Positions 21,601 to 30,998 of a DNA stretch of 64,000 bases are shown piece after piece. Numbering within the stretch: the stretch's first letter is position 1; each line of letters begins with the position of its first letter. The notes under the pieces are model-generated. The model did not search any database. It saw nothing but the letters and a program-made list of their open reading frames with translations, and was not told the origin of the DNA. This DNA comes from a virus, in the IMG/VR virus record IMGVR_UViG_3300026118_000001, positions 25,727 to 89,726 of that record, one strand, 5' to 3'. Made by a program: the position numbers and the translations under genes.

Positions 21601-22824
21601 GGCTTGTGAATCTGTTATTATTATACCATTTACAATAGCTGATTGATCTACAGAAAAAGTGATTGAAGATTGATTATTTATGGACTTAGTATCTACTCTA
21701 ACAGATCTTCTATTTACACCAAAATCATCTGTTTCTCTTATAACAACATAAAATTCTATGTTATCAAAATTAATATCAATATTATCAACTTGCCATGTTA
21801 TTATTTTTGGTGTACTACTTGTATCTCCTACATAACCTTGAAAACTGGATGACATTGCTGTAGCTCCAACACTAACTAAATTACTTATTTCAGAATTAAC
21901 ACTATCTTTAGAAAGATTTTTAGTTAATTTATAATAAGATTGATATACACCACTATGTAAAGCATTTGTTCCACCATCTAATAAACTAACAAATATAGGT
22001 TTATAAATTAATACATTTGGAGAAATAGAAAGTATTTCTGGATTTTGTGTCATCACATTAGGATCAGCAACATTAATTGATCTTAAAGGATTATAAAAGT
22101 CAGTAAACCATATTTTTCTTATAGCATCAGTTTCATATCTTGTTACTATACCTGTTTGTGGAAAATTCCAATATGTTGACCAATTTAAATTAGCAGCATA
22201 TATTAATTGAAAAGATGCTGATAATGGATCAAAAGATTCAGTATCATATGAAAATCTCCATATAAATCCATAACCATTTCCTGTAGTTTTAGGATCAATA
22301 TCATCACATGATGTTGTAAATATATATATTTCTCTATTTATTATACCATAACCAATTGGTTTTTGTATGGTGGTTAATGGAATCTCTAAATTAGAATTTA
22401 TTCTTAATCCTGTACCACTTACAGTAGTTAATAATAATGCAGATTTTTCAACTATAACCACTCTATTATCATCATAAAAAACAGAAATTAAATTACTGGT
22501 AATTAATGAAGCATAATTAGTGATAATAAAAGTATATAGATCAAAATTAGTTGATCCAGTTGTACTAGGAAATATTGTAGATACATTATTTATAGTAATA
22601 GTGTTATTTGCATTTATCTTTATAACACTCCAATTATGAATTGGAAATGATGTAGGAATAGTTGATTGTAACTTATTTCCTTTAGAATTAGTTAATACAA
22701 TAGAACCATTAATTTCATCTAATATAATATCAACATTTAAAGCGTTAGTATATGTATTAGGTTTATTAACAAGTTGATTTCTATCAGCATCTAAACCTCC
22801 TAAAAAGTTTGTAGTAGATTTCAT
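18697..22824 (-). CDS. Tail muzzle / stabilisation protein (crAss-like)
   Basis: 1375 aa; GYMRGEVYRFGIQF..WIGDIKFP, YGGRTYS, FGGDIFV, GQYGEI, KVFDNL, RMRDKY motifs; synteny with ring proteins. Confidence 0.75.
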   Translation of the reverse strand: MKSTTNFLGGLDADRNQLVNKPNTYTNALNVDIILDEINGSIVLTNSKGNKLQSTIPTSFPIHNWSVIKINANNTITINNVSTIFPSTTGSTNFDLYTFIITNYASLITSNLISVFYDDNRVVIVEKSALLLTTVSGTGLRINSNLEIPLTTIQKPIGYGIINREIYIFTTSCDDIDPKTTGNGYGFIWRFSYDTESFDPLSASFQLIYAANLNWSTYWNFPQTGIVTRYETDAIRKIWFTDFYNPLRSINVADPNVMTQNPEILSISPNVLIYKPIFVSLLDGGTNALHSGVYQSYYKLTKNLSKDSVNSEISNLVSVGATAMSSSFQGYVGDTSSTPKIITWQVDNIDINFDNIEFYVVIRETDDFGVNRRSVRVDTKSINNQSSITFSVDQSAIVNGIIITDSQASVQQYNGFTHCKTIAEKDNLLIAANLKNELVNTLDNFDARAFRSFSPNSQDIRLTNNNINSSYTLAAASALPQTSDCINDYTSGNACYYKPNTNVLGGAGPNVSYTFITEQINVDGGVTNSAAFAPWFIAYPENVSQNLLVKSPIDYQRYSNGNGSTFYSTYKNPQYSGLLKGYMRGEVYRFGIQFFTKSMQPLFVKWIGDIKFPDHFQSNPTSPSGDFRTLTLTTSSTGALQAQTRTLGILFSISGLDQISDSIGGYSIVRVQRKYADRTIINQGFINSAIQRSNSLVADLGINIQNLAGSPINKFFIHYPRVGRSGKTIDTSMKLKTVQQLSLTNSVHYTGPSSSDQYTFKYYGISSPPSYNIANPIIQSTLLSGQESYPNSEINTSSGLSINNRTINYSDPNVAQDNFGQYAYFIETQNSLASVGNSSIIISNIVIDNPGQYGGRTYSDRSENTYISCGHFRPIPLGIIADPIETPEVFGGDIFVCLYDSLTYRKNWGNSTGYIRGIIHTVPLETDINIDLLPGDRANNTYTLDANNNEADIIESGNYFTVYSAEDNLRSYFPPPSTFFQVDKWINRFAASNVKINGELVDNWSVFPIGDVWDADGQYGEINGIINHDSKMFFWQDRAFGILQVNPRVFIGDLNNPDVDSQIQLGFGNKLQRHDYISNTSGTRHQGSILNTKSGLFWMDTNLKKLMNFQNTKDGSSMAPISDVKGLYAYLIKNFKHDLIDKACWDVNPNGLSGISAIYDVLRDKIYYTVHNGLVNGIQSSFTITYSNLTGTFVSFKSFVPKLYISDYTNVFTFDDIQTIYVNEKGNYNEFYGVKQPSTIKYIVNDSPNETKVFDNLEIITQSVNENNPNINNNDDTWKKIRVTNDYQNTDWIDLIVDNNIRRPERIWKLDIPRNRVLYTTSNSPDIMIDISATRKLFGERMRDKYINIELQYNNPNSNLLKTSLITTEFRQSPR

Positions 22825-22825
22825 A

Positions 22826-23560
22826 TTAAATATTTAAATTTTCTCTTCTTGGCATATTTCTAAAATTTTTAGAATATTCCCTACGCATAGGCATTAACCT
22901 AGTCATAATACTTGTAAGATTTTCTAATTGTGCTGTATTAGGCATATTACCACTACCTCTAGCACTATTAACATAAAATAACCAATTTGCTTCTGAAGCA
23001 TCTTTAACTTTATCTGTTATTTTTCCTTTTCTCCATTCTCTATAATCAATCATATGAATTATAAAAGATTCAATTGCTTTCTGATAATATATATCATCTG
23101 GGATCATTGGAAATCCATCTTCATCTAAATGTATTCCTAAATAATTAATACAAACACTTTTATCTTCATCTGGTAGATTACTATCAATTCCATTATTAAT
23201 ATTTGTTATTAAATAACTATCATTTAAATAAAATGTATTACCACAATTATCTCCTTTACAAATAGGAACTTGACATGAATGACAAGCATAATTATTTGCT
23301 GCACTTTGACTAGCCCAATATAAAGGTTGTTGTTTATAATTAATATCAATTAGTTTATGAAAACCACATGGTAATTTAGCTTTTCCATTAGCTAATGTAA
23401 TACAATCAGTTATTTCATCATATTGGCCATATACTCCAATTAACTCTAATGCTTCTGCTGCAAACTCAACCATATCATTAACAGGTATTTCATAGTTTAT
23501 ATCTAAACTGCGATATACTTTAGCTATTATTCTATTGATACTAATATATCCACTTATCAT
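22826..23560 (-). CDS. Tail ring / tubular protein
   Basis: AKLPCGF, YLGIHLDEDGFPMIPD; immediately upstream of muzzle. Confidence 0.65.
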   Translation of the reverse strand: MISGYISINRIIAKVYRSLDINYEIPVNDMVEFAAEALELIGVYGQYDEITDCITLANGKAKLPCGFHKLIDINYKQQPLYWASQSAANNYACHSCQVPICKGDNCGNTFYLNDSYLITNINNGIDSNLPDEDKSVCINYLGIHLDEDGFPMIPDDIYYQKAIESFIIHMIDYREWRKGKITDKVKDASEANWLFYVNSARGSGNMPNTAQLENLTSIMTRLMPMRREYSKNFRNMPRRENLNI

Positions 23561-23561
23561 T

Positions 23562-24011
23562 TTATTTAAGTTTAAAAAAATCTACTTTTTTAATATTTAT
23601 TGCTGGAGCAATTGTTCTTTTAGCTTTTCTACAAGGAATAAATTTATATCTTGTTTTGCCTATTATAATTGCATTCCTCTTATTCCAATACCATTGATAT
23701 GTATATTTCTGGTCAAAATATATTACAAATCCATTTTCTTTTGTTCTTTTATAATCAACAGCCCAATATTTCTTTTGTTTATTATAAGACATTTCATTTT
23801 TAATTATTTGTAACATTCCCAATCTATAAGGAATTTCAAATTCATTAGAATTATTAACTACTTGATCTAATATTTCTAAATTACATTCTTTAATTATTTT
23901 GGAATATTCTTTATAAGAAATTGGTTTTTCTTTATGTTTAGCTTTATAATAATTGTAAAAATCTCTTAAATTAATATCACTTGGCTTTTTTCCTTTTGTT
24001 CTCTTTCTCAT
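23562..24011 (-). CDS. IHF/HU-like DNA-binding protein (crAss-type)
   Basis: Basic; FEIPYRLGMLQI, VDYKRTKE, YKFIPCRKAKR; located in tail module. Confidence 0.6.
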   Translation of the reverse strand: MRKRTKGKKPSDINLRDFYNYYKAKHKEKPISYKEYSKIIKECNLEILDQVVNNSNEFEIPYRLGMLQIIKNEMSYNKQKKYWAVDYKRTKENGFVIYFDQKYTYQWYWNKRNAIIIGKTRYKFIPCRKAKRTIAPAINIKKVDFFKLK

Positions 24012-24715
24012 TAAGAATTAGCTTGTTTTTCCTCTGCTTTTTGCTTATTTGTAGATCCATCTAGATTATTAGTATTTTTCATGTCAAATGTCATAAATGG
24101 AGCAACTTTTGTCTTTAATATAATATCAGTTATTTGTGTAGCTAATGTTAATGAAACTGGATATGGACTGTCATCTGTAAAGCATAAATTACCAGAACAA
24201 TCTGCAAATCTTTTTAAATCTGAAGGAGTTTCAAATAATCCAGCAACTTCTACTACTTCTAAAAATTGGTCATTTGAAATATACAAATAATCATTTTTAA
24301 CATACCAGCCTCTTTTATTTCCTGTATATTTATTATATTGTTGATATTTAGATTTAATTGGATTTGATTTAGAAATCATATTTCCGTCAATTGTACTAAC
24401 AGAAACTAACCAATTATCTCTCCAAGAATCTATAGTTGAGGGAAGTCTCAGTTTAGATTTTAATAAATAACAACCACTATCTACCGTGCAACATTCTGAA
24501 GCATCTACTTGCTCTAATTCTACACATGGGATATAAGAAATCCAAGAATCATTAATATCATCATGTTTGTTTAAACTTTGAGATATTAATATTGATCTTG
24601 TTTGCTCAACCCAATAGGCAATTTGTTGAGTTGGTATTTTGAATTCAGAAGGTAATCCTCCAGAAGAAGCAATCTCCAAAATATCATATACCATATGATT
24701 TAATGTAATACTCAT
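24011..24715 (-). CDS. Tail ring protein
   Basis: CVELEQVD..CC..LKSK.RLP, YLYI, GLFETP, YP pattern; synteny. Confidence 0.55.
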   Translation of the reverse strand: MSITLNHMVYDILEIASSGGLPSEFKIPTQQIAYWVEQTRSILISQSLNKHDDINDSWISYIPCVELEQVDASECCTVDSGCYLLKSKLRLPSTIDSWRDNWLVSVSTIDGNMISKSNPIKSKYQQYNKYTGNKRGWYVKNDYLYISNDQFLEVVEVAGLFETPSDLKRFADCSGNLCFTDDSPYPVSLTLATQITDIILKTKVAPFMTFDMKNTNNLDGSTNKQKAEEKQANS

Positions 24716-24733
24716 TTTAGTTTAGTTTTAAAT

Positions 24734-24759
24734 AAAAAAAGGTCATAAATTTGACCTTT
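24734..24759 (-). terminator. Intrinsic terminator after lysis cassette
   Basis: Minus strand AAAGGTCA-loop-TGACCTTTTTTT. Confidence 0.65.
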
Positions 24760-24794
24760 AAATATACTCATTATTTTTGTAATTTACAACTTAT
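24759..24794 (-). promoter_or_regulatory. Promoter for ring/IHF/muzzle genes
   Basis: ATAAGTTG-N20-TATATTTA on minus strand. Confidence 0.7.
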
Positions 24795-24795
24795 T

Positions 24796-25209
24796 TTAAA
24801 TTATTATATTAAATAATATTATTCCTATAATAATAAATGTTTCTGTTATAATTAATTTTGTTTTTATTTTATTCTTCTTTTCTAAATTTCTTATTTCTCT
24901 TACATTTGATTTTAAAAATTCATCTTGATCCTTAATAAATACTGATTGAGAATCAATAATAATATTTTGATCTCTAATTATTAGGGTGTCATTGGATAGT
25001 TGCTTTTGACAAATATTATAATTAATAGTAATTAAAGAATCTTCAGTTTCAAAAAAATGTTCTTTTGTATCTTGTAATATGAAATATTGTATCTCATTAA
25101 GAGTTAATGAAATACTATTATTATCTAATACCTTTTGAGCGTAAGATGGAATCCACAATATAATTAGCAGATTTAATACTATTAATGTTCTTATCCTTTT
25201 TAAGTTCAT
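24796..25209 (-). CDS. Spanin-like membrane protein
   Basis: N-terminal signal/TM, coiled coil, C-terminal TM; overlaps upstream gene; in lysis cassette. Confidence 0.45.
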   Translation of the reverse strand: MNLKRIRTLIVLNLLIILWIPSYAQKVLDNNSISLTLNEIQYFILQDTKEHFFETEDSLITINYNICQKQLSNDTLIIRDQNIIIDSQSVFIKDQDEFLKSNVREIRNLEKKNKIKTKLIITETFIIIGIILFNIII

Positions 25210-25498
25210 TTTGATACTTATTATAATTTAATTTTATTTTTTTATTATTATCTACCATTTGTAGTGATAAAGAATCATTTAGTCTATTTAATTCAACTAT
25301 TTCCTGTTGTTTTAATCTAATACTATCATTCAATACTGATTCTCTTTTTTTAAATTCATTATATTGATTTTCAATACAATTTGATTTATCTGTAGAATCA
25401 GAAAATTCATTATACCACCCACAAGTGGTTATCCCTGTTATTATAACTAGTCCTATTATAGATAGTATAATATAATCATTAAATGTGAATCCTTTCAT
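25121..25498 (-). CDS. i-spanin-like protein (start at MKGFTF preferred)
   Basis: Single N-terminal TM followed by a coiled coil; downstream of endolysin. Confidence 0.5.
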   Translation of the reverse strand: MKGFTFNDYIILSIIGLVIITGITTCGWYNEFSDSTDKSNCIENQYNEFKKRESVLNDSIRLKQQEIVELNRLNDSLSLQMVDNNKKIKLNYNKYQNELKKDKNINSIKSANYIVDSILRSKGIR

Positions 25499-25727
25499 TT
25501 TTTCCTTTTTTAAATTTTCCATATTCATTAATACCAAAAAGAGTTGCAATAAAAGTATAATCTATAGTGAGTATCATTTCTAATTGAGAAAAATTTCCTA
25601 GAGATAACCATTTAATATGAATTGCAATTACACATAATATTATAGTAAATGCAGATAGTTTTTTAGAACTAAATCCAATAGATTTATTATCAAATGAATT
25701 AATTAATTTGGTAATAATTTGTTTCAT
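25479..25727 (-). CDS. Holin-like two-TM protein
   Basis: FSSKKLSAF followed by two hydrophobic helices and a basic tail; adjacent to endolysin. Confidence 0.5.
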   Translation of the reverse strand: MKQIITKLINSFDNKSIGFSSKKLSAFTIILCVIAIHIKWLSLGNFSQLEMILTIDYTFIATLFGINEYGKFKKGKNERIHI

Positions 25728-26182
25728 TATTTTTTGAAATATAAATCTGCTTCTTTTTGTCGTCTCAAAGTTAATCCATTTAATACTTTTCTACAACTTT
25801 TATTCCATTTTTTAAATTCTTCTTTAATAGAAATATCATTTGGATTTAAGTTTACCTTTTTTAGTAAAGTAGAGGATTTTAAATTTTGTATTCCAACATT
25901 ATATGCAAAACATACTAATGCTGAAAATTGATTTTCTGTGATATCATCTCTGGTTATAGAGTCAACTCCTAATTCAAAAGGAGTTAATGTATTTAAAAGT
26001 AATTCTGTAGCTCTTTCTTCTGTAATTATATCTCCTAATTTAAATTTATTACCTTTTTCATCATGTGTACTTCCAAATCCAATTGTTATTGGTAGATTTC
26101 CACTTCCAGGATCTACATAAGCTTTTAAACTTAATCCTTCAGAAGATTTAATCAATGTAAGTCCATCTTTATTTATCTTCAT
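25727..26182 (-). CDS. Endolysin, GH24 (T4/P21-type) lysozyme; start at MKINKDG preferred
   Basis: LIKSSEGL..KAYVD....TIGFG catalytic E/D/T; QFSALVCFAYNVG; STLLKK; GLTLRRQKEADLY. Confidence 0.92.
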   Translation of the reverse strand: MKINKDGLTLIKSSEGLSLKAYVDPGSGNLPITIGFGSTHDEKGNKFKLGDIITEERATELLLNTLTPFELGVDSITRDDITENQFSALVCFAYNVGIQNLKSSTLLKKVNLNPNDISIKEEFKKWNKSCRKVLNGLTLRRQKEADLYFKK

Positions 26183-26435
26183 TATCTTCTTTAAATTTAG
26201 GTTTCCTTTTTTTAATCCATCCATTATCTTGTAGGAATTTAATAAATGTTATAAATCCTACTACCATAGCTGTTCCCCAAGCACCCCATTGAAATATAGT
26301 ACTAATAGCATCAACTTCATCTGAATGTGTTTTAAAAAAAGAAATCCATTCTCCTGTTAAAGCAAGTAAAATAGAAGTTGCCAAACATTTAGTGTTTGTT
26401 GTGTTTGGATCTGAACAAATTAATTCCATATTCAT
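26169..26435 (-). CDS. Holin-like membrane protein
   Basis: Two hydrophobic segments and a charged C-terminus; overlaps endolysin start. Confidence 0.45.
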   Translation of the reverse strand: MNMELICSDPNTTNTKCLATSILLALTGEWISFFKTHSDEVDAISTIFQWGAWGTAMVVGFITFIKFLQDNGWIKKRKPKFKEDNEDK

Positions 26436-26778
26436 CTTTAATTATAAAAAGTATAACAACTAGTGTTGCTATAGTTAATCCTGTTAATTTAAATAATTCT
26501 ATATACCTATTATATTCTATTAAATTCATTTTTATTATTATATTTACTATACAACAAAACATTAATCCAAAAACACTAGCAAAATAATATGTACATCTTC
26601 TTTTTAAATAGCCTTCAAATAGCCAATATAAACATACAAAAATACTATAACCAAATAATTGATCTATTATATTATAGGTTATAGTATATAATCTGTTATA
26701 TGCCAATAATGATAAAAGTGATATTAAAAATAATAAGAAAGGACATCCATATTTGTATAGAAGTCTTAATTTTCTCAT
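26389..26778 (-). CDS. Four-TM membrane protein
   Basis: Four hydrophobic segments in 129 aa. Confidence 0.55.
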   Translation of the reverse strand: MRKLRLLYKYGCPFLLFLISLLSLLAYNRLYTITYNIIDQLFGYSIFVCLYWLFEGYLKRRCTYYFASVFGLMFCCIVNIIIKMNLIEYNRYIELFKLTGLTIATLVVILFIIKDEYGINLFRSKHNKH

Positions 26779-26903
26779 TTATTTTTTCTTGGAGAATCAA
26801 CTTTTATTTTTGTTTTTGATGGAGGAACTGGAATTCCCCCATCAAATGGTTTAGTTGGATTTAAAAATTCTTGTAAAAATAATTGATATTGTTTTTCGTT
26901 CAT
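26775..26903 (-). CDS. Small hypothetical protein (42 aa, not in ORF track)
   Basis: MNEKQYQLFLQEFLNPTKPFDGGIPVPPSKTKIKVDSPRKNK; stop overlaps the next ATG (ATGA coupling). Confidence 0.5.
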   Translation of the reverse strand: MNEKQYQLFLQEFLNPTKPFDGGIPVPPSKTKIKVDSPRKNK

Positions 26904-26930
26904 TTATTAAATTAAGTATTAAAGAAATAA

Positions 26931-27281
26931 TTATAGTAAATTCTCATAAACTTTAATATGAACCCAAAATCTATGTTCATCAGTTAAAACATTATAATAA
27001 TCTGCGAAGATAAAATAAATTTTATCAGGCATTTCATCAATAAAAGCATTAGTCTTTATAATTCCAGCATTTGCTCCTTCAGATTGATAAGCAGATTCAA
27101 ATCTGATTATTGTATTATCAATAGAAAAAGCTCCAGTACATTGGATAGAATAATTACCAGCAGCAGAATATGCCCATACTGGTGAAAATGGTAATGTATT
27201 TTTTACTAATAATTTTTCTACTGGTGCTCCTGTTCCTGTTTGTTCTAAATAAGCTTCATATTCATACTTTAGTGTTGCCAT
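26931..27281 (-). CDS. Fibre-tip / receptor-binding-like beta protein (paralog A)
   Basis: Y.A.L.QTGT.AP....NTL.F.PVW....AGNY shared with the neighbouring gene. Confidence 0.5.
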   Translation of the reverse strand: MATLKYEYEAYLEQTGTGAPVEKLLVKNTLPFSPVWAYSAAGNYSIQCTGAFSIDNTIIRFESAYQSEGANAGIIKTNAFIDEMPDKIYFIFADYYNVLTDEHRFWVHIKVYENLL

Positions 27282-27322
27282 GTTGTTTGATTTTTATATT
27301 TGTTTTTAGTTATTATTAATTA

Positions 27323-27727
27323 TTAAGGATAAACTCTTATATTCATCCACCATGTATTATCATCTATTGCAGTTCCACTGCCAATAAAATTTGATGTTAA
27401 AATAGTTACTTTATCAGGTAGATGTGGGTGATATATTAAAGAATATACTCCACCAAATGTATTATTATAAGCCATATTAATAAATACTGCTGTTTTTCCA
27501 ACTGGAAATCCTCCAGTTTGTCTTAATTCATAATTTCCTGCTGAAGCTCTAAACCATACTGGAGTAAATCCTAAAGTATTCTGAAAAATTGTAGAAACTG
27601 GAGCATTTGTTCCTGTTTGTGTTACAATTGCATCATAGACAGTATAAGGAGTAGATCCTCCTCCACCCCCACCTCCTGTTGAAGATGTAGGAATTTCATA
27701 TATTTTTTTTCTAACTATAACACTCAT
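27323..27727 (-). CDS. Fibre-tip / receptor-binding-like beta protein (paralog B)
   Basis: Poly-Gly linker followed by the same domain as 26931-27281. Confidence 0.5.
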   Translation of the reverse strand: MSVIVRKKIYEIPTSSTGGGGGGGSTPYTVYDAIVTQTGTNAPVSTIFQNTLGFTPVWFRASAGNYELRQTGGFPVGKTAVFINMAYNNTFGGVYSLIYHPHLPDKVTILTSNFIGSGTAIDDNTWWMNIRVYP

Positions 27728-27738
27728 ATTTATGTATA

Positions 27739-28080
27739 TTATTTATAATAAGTTATATTTAATTGAGTAGTTCCACTGGTCCCTTGAATCACTTTAAAAT
27801 TTCTTAAATTTTCACTTGTTGTTATTTCAAATACTGCTGTACTTCCTTGAAACCAACCTACACTTGATGTTGGAATACTTCCATCTTCCCAATATCTAAT
27901 GGCATAATCTGTCACTGTTGATTCTACTTGAATTAAAGCTGATTTTGCTTCTGATGGAATAGTGAGTCCTTGAGCAGCAGTTGTAACTGTTAAAGTTTGT
28001 TTACTAATAGCATTTTTTTCATTTGTTAATGCTTGTAATATTTTGGTTAAATAACCAACTTCCGTTTGTATAATTGACAT
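27739..28080 (-). CDS. Putative virion structural protein
   Basis: Beta-rich, IRYWEDGSIPTSSVG; in fibre module. Confidence 0.4.
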   Translation of the reverse strand: MSIIQTEVGYLTKILQALTNEKNAISKQTLTVTTAAQGLTIPSEAKSALIQVESTVTDYAIRYWEDGSIPTSSVGWFQGSTAVFEITTSENLRNFKVIQGTSGTTQLNITYYK

Positions 28081-28103
28081 TTTATTATATTTTAATTAGT
28101 TTA

Positions 28104-28637
28104 TTATCCTGTAACATCAATTTCTAAAATTGCTGTAGTATTTCCTGTTCCAACTTTTGTATATACTATATCAAATGAACTACTTGTAAAATTATTAGTA
28201 ATAATTGTCCAACCATTACCACTACTATCAGTTCCAGCAGCACACATTAAATTTGATGAAAAAGGTTCAAATACAGTACTGAAAATATTTCTGTAACAAG
28301 AATGATGTGTTCCATCCGATCTTCCAAATGAACCAGCACTATAAACCGGAATTCCAGAAAATACTAATGTTATGTGAAGTAATTTTGGGGCAAATGTTGT
28401 ACTTACAGTAACTGTTCCACTTCCTGCTACTGTTGTTCTTGTTGCTTGTATGTGTTGATGATTAAATCCACTTAGAATACTAGGATTAACTGTAGCAACA
28501 TTATTTAAATCAATTGTTACATCACCAGTAATTAAATTATTACTTGTACTATCAATTAAATCTGCAAATTGAGATTGTGTTGGGTAATCACCAGTTTCAA
28601 AAAATGTTTTTAATGTTGTTGCATTTCTTATTGCCAT
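28104..28637 (-). CDS. Putative tail fibre protein
   Basis: N-terminal LKTFFETGDYPTQSQFADLIDS attachment-like motif; TGDVTI fibre repeat; Thr/Ser-rich. Confidence 0.55.
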   Translation of the reverse strand: MAIRNATTLKTFFETGDYPTQSQFADLIDSTSNNLITGDVTIDLNNVATVNPSILSGFNHQHIQATRTTVAGSGTVTVSTTFAPKLLHITLVFSGIPVYSAGSFGRSDGTHHSCYRNIFSTVFEPFSSNLMCAAGTDSSGNGWTIITNNFTSSSFDIVYTKVGTGNTTAILEIDVTG

Positions 28638-28658
28638 TTTATTATATTATTAATGTTA

Positions 28659-29024
28659 TTAGGATACAATAAAATTACATCCTATTTGCATACTTCCTAT
28701 TCCTTGTGAATTTTCACTTCCTATATATTTATATCCATAAGGTTGAAAACATATTCCTGTTAATTTTGATAATTTATCAAACACTGATTCTATTTCTGTT
28801 TCAGTGAGACAATTATTTGTATTACTATAAGTAGTTGGATCACATTGATAAATCTTATAATCTAACATCATATCAATATAAACACTTAATATAAATAGTT
28901 TATTTTGTATTTCAATTGTGGTTTTTTTACCATATCTTAGAGCATTAATATAATCATTTAACCATTCTGAATATTTTTGTCCAGATAATTGAAGTCTTAC
29001 GTTTAAATCTAATTGTGAAAACAT
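28659..29024 (-). CDS. Putative tail hub/adaptor protein
   Basis: NCLTE.E helix; C-terminal GIGSMQIGCNFIV; synteny. Confidence 0.4.
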   Translation of the reverse strand: MFSQLDLNVRLQLSGQKYSEWLNDYINALRYGKKTTIEIQNKLFILSVYIDMMLDYKIYQCDPTTYSNTNNCLTETEIESVFDKLSKLTGICFQPYGYKYIGSENSQGIGSMQIGCNFIVS

Positions 29025-29035
29025 TTTTCTTAATT

Positions 29036-30055
29036 TTATGTTCTTACTATTCTTAATGTTACTAGAACTTTTCCTCCTGCTGTTGTTTTAGCAGTATTTA
29101 TTGTTATTGTTTCAAAAACTGCAAATGAATTATTAGCAGTTACTGCACTTGCATAAACTGTTCCAAAAATATCAGAAGGAGCAAAAACAATTGGTGTTGT
29201 TACAGTCATAGTAGTTCCTGATCCATCTTTTAATATAATTGTTCCACTATCTGTAGCAGCAATAGGTTTTATAGCTGATGTATATATCTCTATTATAGTT
29301 CCTGGGTAAGGCATTCTTATTTTATAAGGCCCTTGTTCATTTGCTTCAAATGATACTGGAACTACTAATAATTCGGTTTGTAGAATAGTTGATAATTTAT
29401 CTGTAGTTACATTATTATTAGCAATCATTGTAGTTAATACTTTATTTGCTCCAATTGTTGTAACTCCACTTCCATTTATTGTAATATCTCCAGACATTGC
29501 TGTAGAATTTATCGTAGTTCCATTTCCAAGTAATAAATTACCAGAAGTCTTTGCACTAAATTCTTCTATATTATTAGAAGCATCACTTCTAAGCATATAC
29601 CCTTGACTAGTAAGTTGTTCTATTTTAGGAAGAGTAATTTCATTATCTCCTATTTTTGATGTACTAATTGAACCGCCCAATAAAGATGCTGGTATAATTA
29701 AATTTGTTTGTTGTTCAGAAAAATCTGGTCTAACAGATACATTCCATGTTCCAGCAGCAGTATAATATGCTGTTATATCACATCTTGAATTAGCTTGAGC
29801 ATCTGTTAAATCTACACCAAAGAATGATACTGTTATTCCTCCACTATAATTAGAAACTATATTTCCTATATATTCTATGTAAAAAGTACAACCTTGATTT
29901 GGTGTTCCTGTATGGATAAATTCTTGATCTGCTAATAACACAACAGAAGTTGTAGAACCAATTACATATTTACTATATGGTGCTCTTACATCCAAAGAAA
30001 CTGTTCCTCCAGCAGCAAGAATTGAATAATTATATATTGAGTTTTGTACTGGCAT
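29036..30055 (-). CDS. Putative tail fibre protein
   Basis: ST.KI.D..IT..KI / VT..K[IL] fibre repeats; MSGDITI.GSGVTTI. Confidence 0.6.
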   Translation of the reverse strand: MPVQNSIYNYSILAAGGTVSLDVRAPYSKYVIGSTTSVVLLADQEFIHTGTPNQGCTFYIEYIGNIVSNYSGGITVSFFGVDLTDAQANSRCDITAYYTAAGTWNVSVRPDFSEQQTNLIIPASLLGGSISTSKIGDNEITLPKIEQLTSQGYMLRSDASNNIEEFSAKTSGNLLLGNGTTINSTAMSGDITINGSGVTTIGANKVLTTMIANNNVTTDKLSTILQTELLVVPVSFEANEQGPYKIRMPYPGTIIEIYTSAIKPIAATDSGTIILKDGSGTTMTVTTPIVFAPSDIFGTVYASAVTANNSFAVFETITINTAKTTAGGKVLVTLRIVRT

Positions 30056-30056
30056 T

Positions 30057-30989
30057 TTATTTATTTAAAAATATTACACTTAATTGTTTTGATGTTGCTG
30101 TTCCAGATCCACTTACTCTTTGCATTTTAATGTCAATTGGAATTGCATTTGCAAATGTTAATGCTCCAGAACCATAAGTATTTCCTGATGCTCCCCAAGT
30201 AAAAAATCCACCAGAAGTTGCATCAAATGATGTCATTATTGATTCAAAGAAATAAGTTGTTGCGCTTTCTCTTGTTATTGTTGCTCTAAGTCTTGCACAT
30301 TTAGTTCCATTTGGTAATGTATATGTTCCAAATATCACACTATTTATTACTAGTGTTAATGTAAATTCATCTGTTATTACAGATTTTTCAAGCCAAGATG
30401 TTATTAATAAAGCATCTTGATTTGTATTACATTGTCCAGCAGTTACTGTATATGATAATAATGTTGTAAGAGTTGTTCCACTAGTTGTAGCACTTCCTGT
30501 TGTAACATTATTTAATACAGATACTCCATCAGTACCATTAGTTCCATTTAATCCATTAGCACTAAAAGTTAGAACTAAATTATCAGAAGCTGTATAAATA
30601 TTTGTAGGTATTGTAGCATTTGAAGCAACAGTATATGTTACTGTTAATGTATGATAGGTTCCACTATCAGTGACACCTGTTATAAGACCAGTCCAAAATT
30701 TAGTACTATCAAATTCTTTATATATAGTTATTGATCCATAACTTCCAGAATTTGAAAAACTATCTAGTAATAAGTCATAATCTATACTATTTAATCCAGT
30801 ATCAGATACATAGATTGATGTTACTAAACTTGAAGATGTATTATTAAATCTTATTTCTCCAGAACTTGGGGAAATCACTGTTGATGTAGAAAAACTCCAT
30901 CTTCCATTAATTCCTCCATGATTTCCATTTGATCCTGGAAGTCCATTATTTCCTGCCGGTATTGCTGTACTATTGTTGTTGCAACTCAT
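30057..30989 (-). CDS. Putative fibre protein with short collagen-like G-X-Y runs
   Basis: GNNGLPGSNGNHG and GLNGTNGTDG; Thr/Ser-rich. Confidence 0.55.
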   Translation of the reverse strand: MSCNNNSTAIPAGNNGLPGSNGNHGGINGRWSFSTSTVISPSSGEIRFNNTSSSLVTSIYVSDTGLNSIDYDLLLDSFSNSGSYGSITIYKEFDSTKFWTGLITGVTDSGTYHTLTVTYTVASNATIPTNIYTASDNLVLTFSANGLNGTNGTDGVSVLNNVTTGSATTSGTTLTTLLSYTVTAGQCNTNQDALLITSWLEKSVITDEFTLTLVINSVIFGTYTLPNGTKCARLRATITRESATTYFFESIMTSFDATSGGFFTWGASGNTYGSGALTFANAIPIDIKMQRVSGSGTATSKQLSVIFLNK

Positions 30990-30998
30990 TTTATTTTA

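Noticed and set aside
26931-27727. Diversity-generating retroelement template/variable repeat pair
   Set aside because: Similarity is at protein level with indels rather than adenine-specific mismatches, and no reverse transcriptase is present in the window
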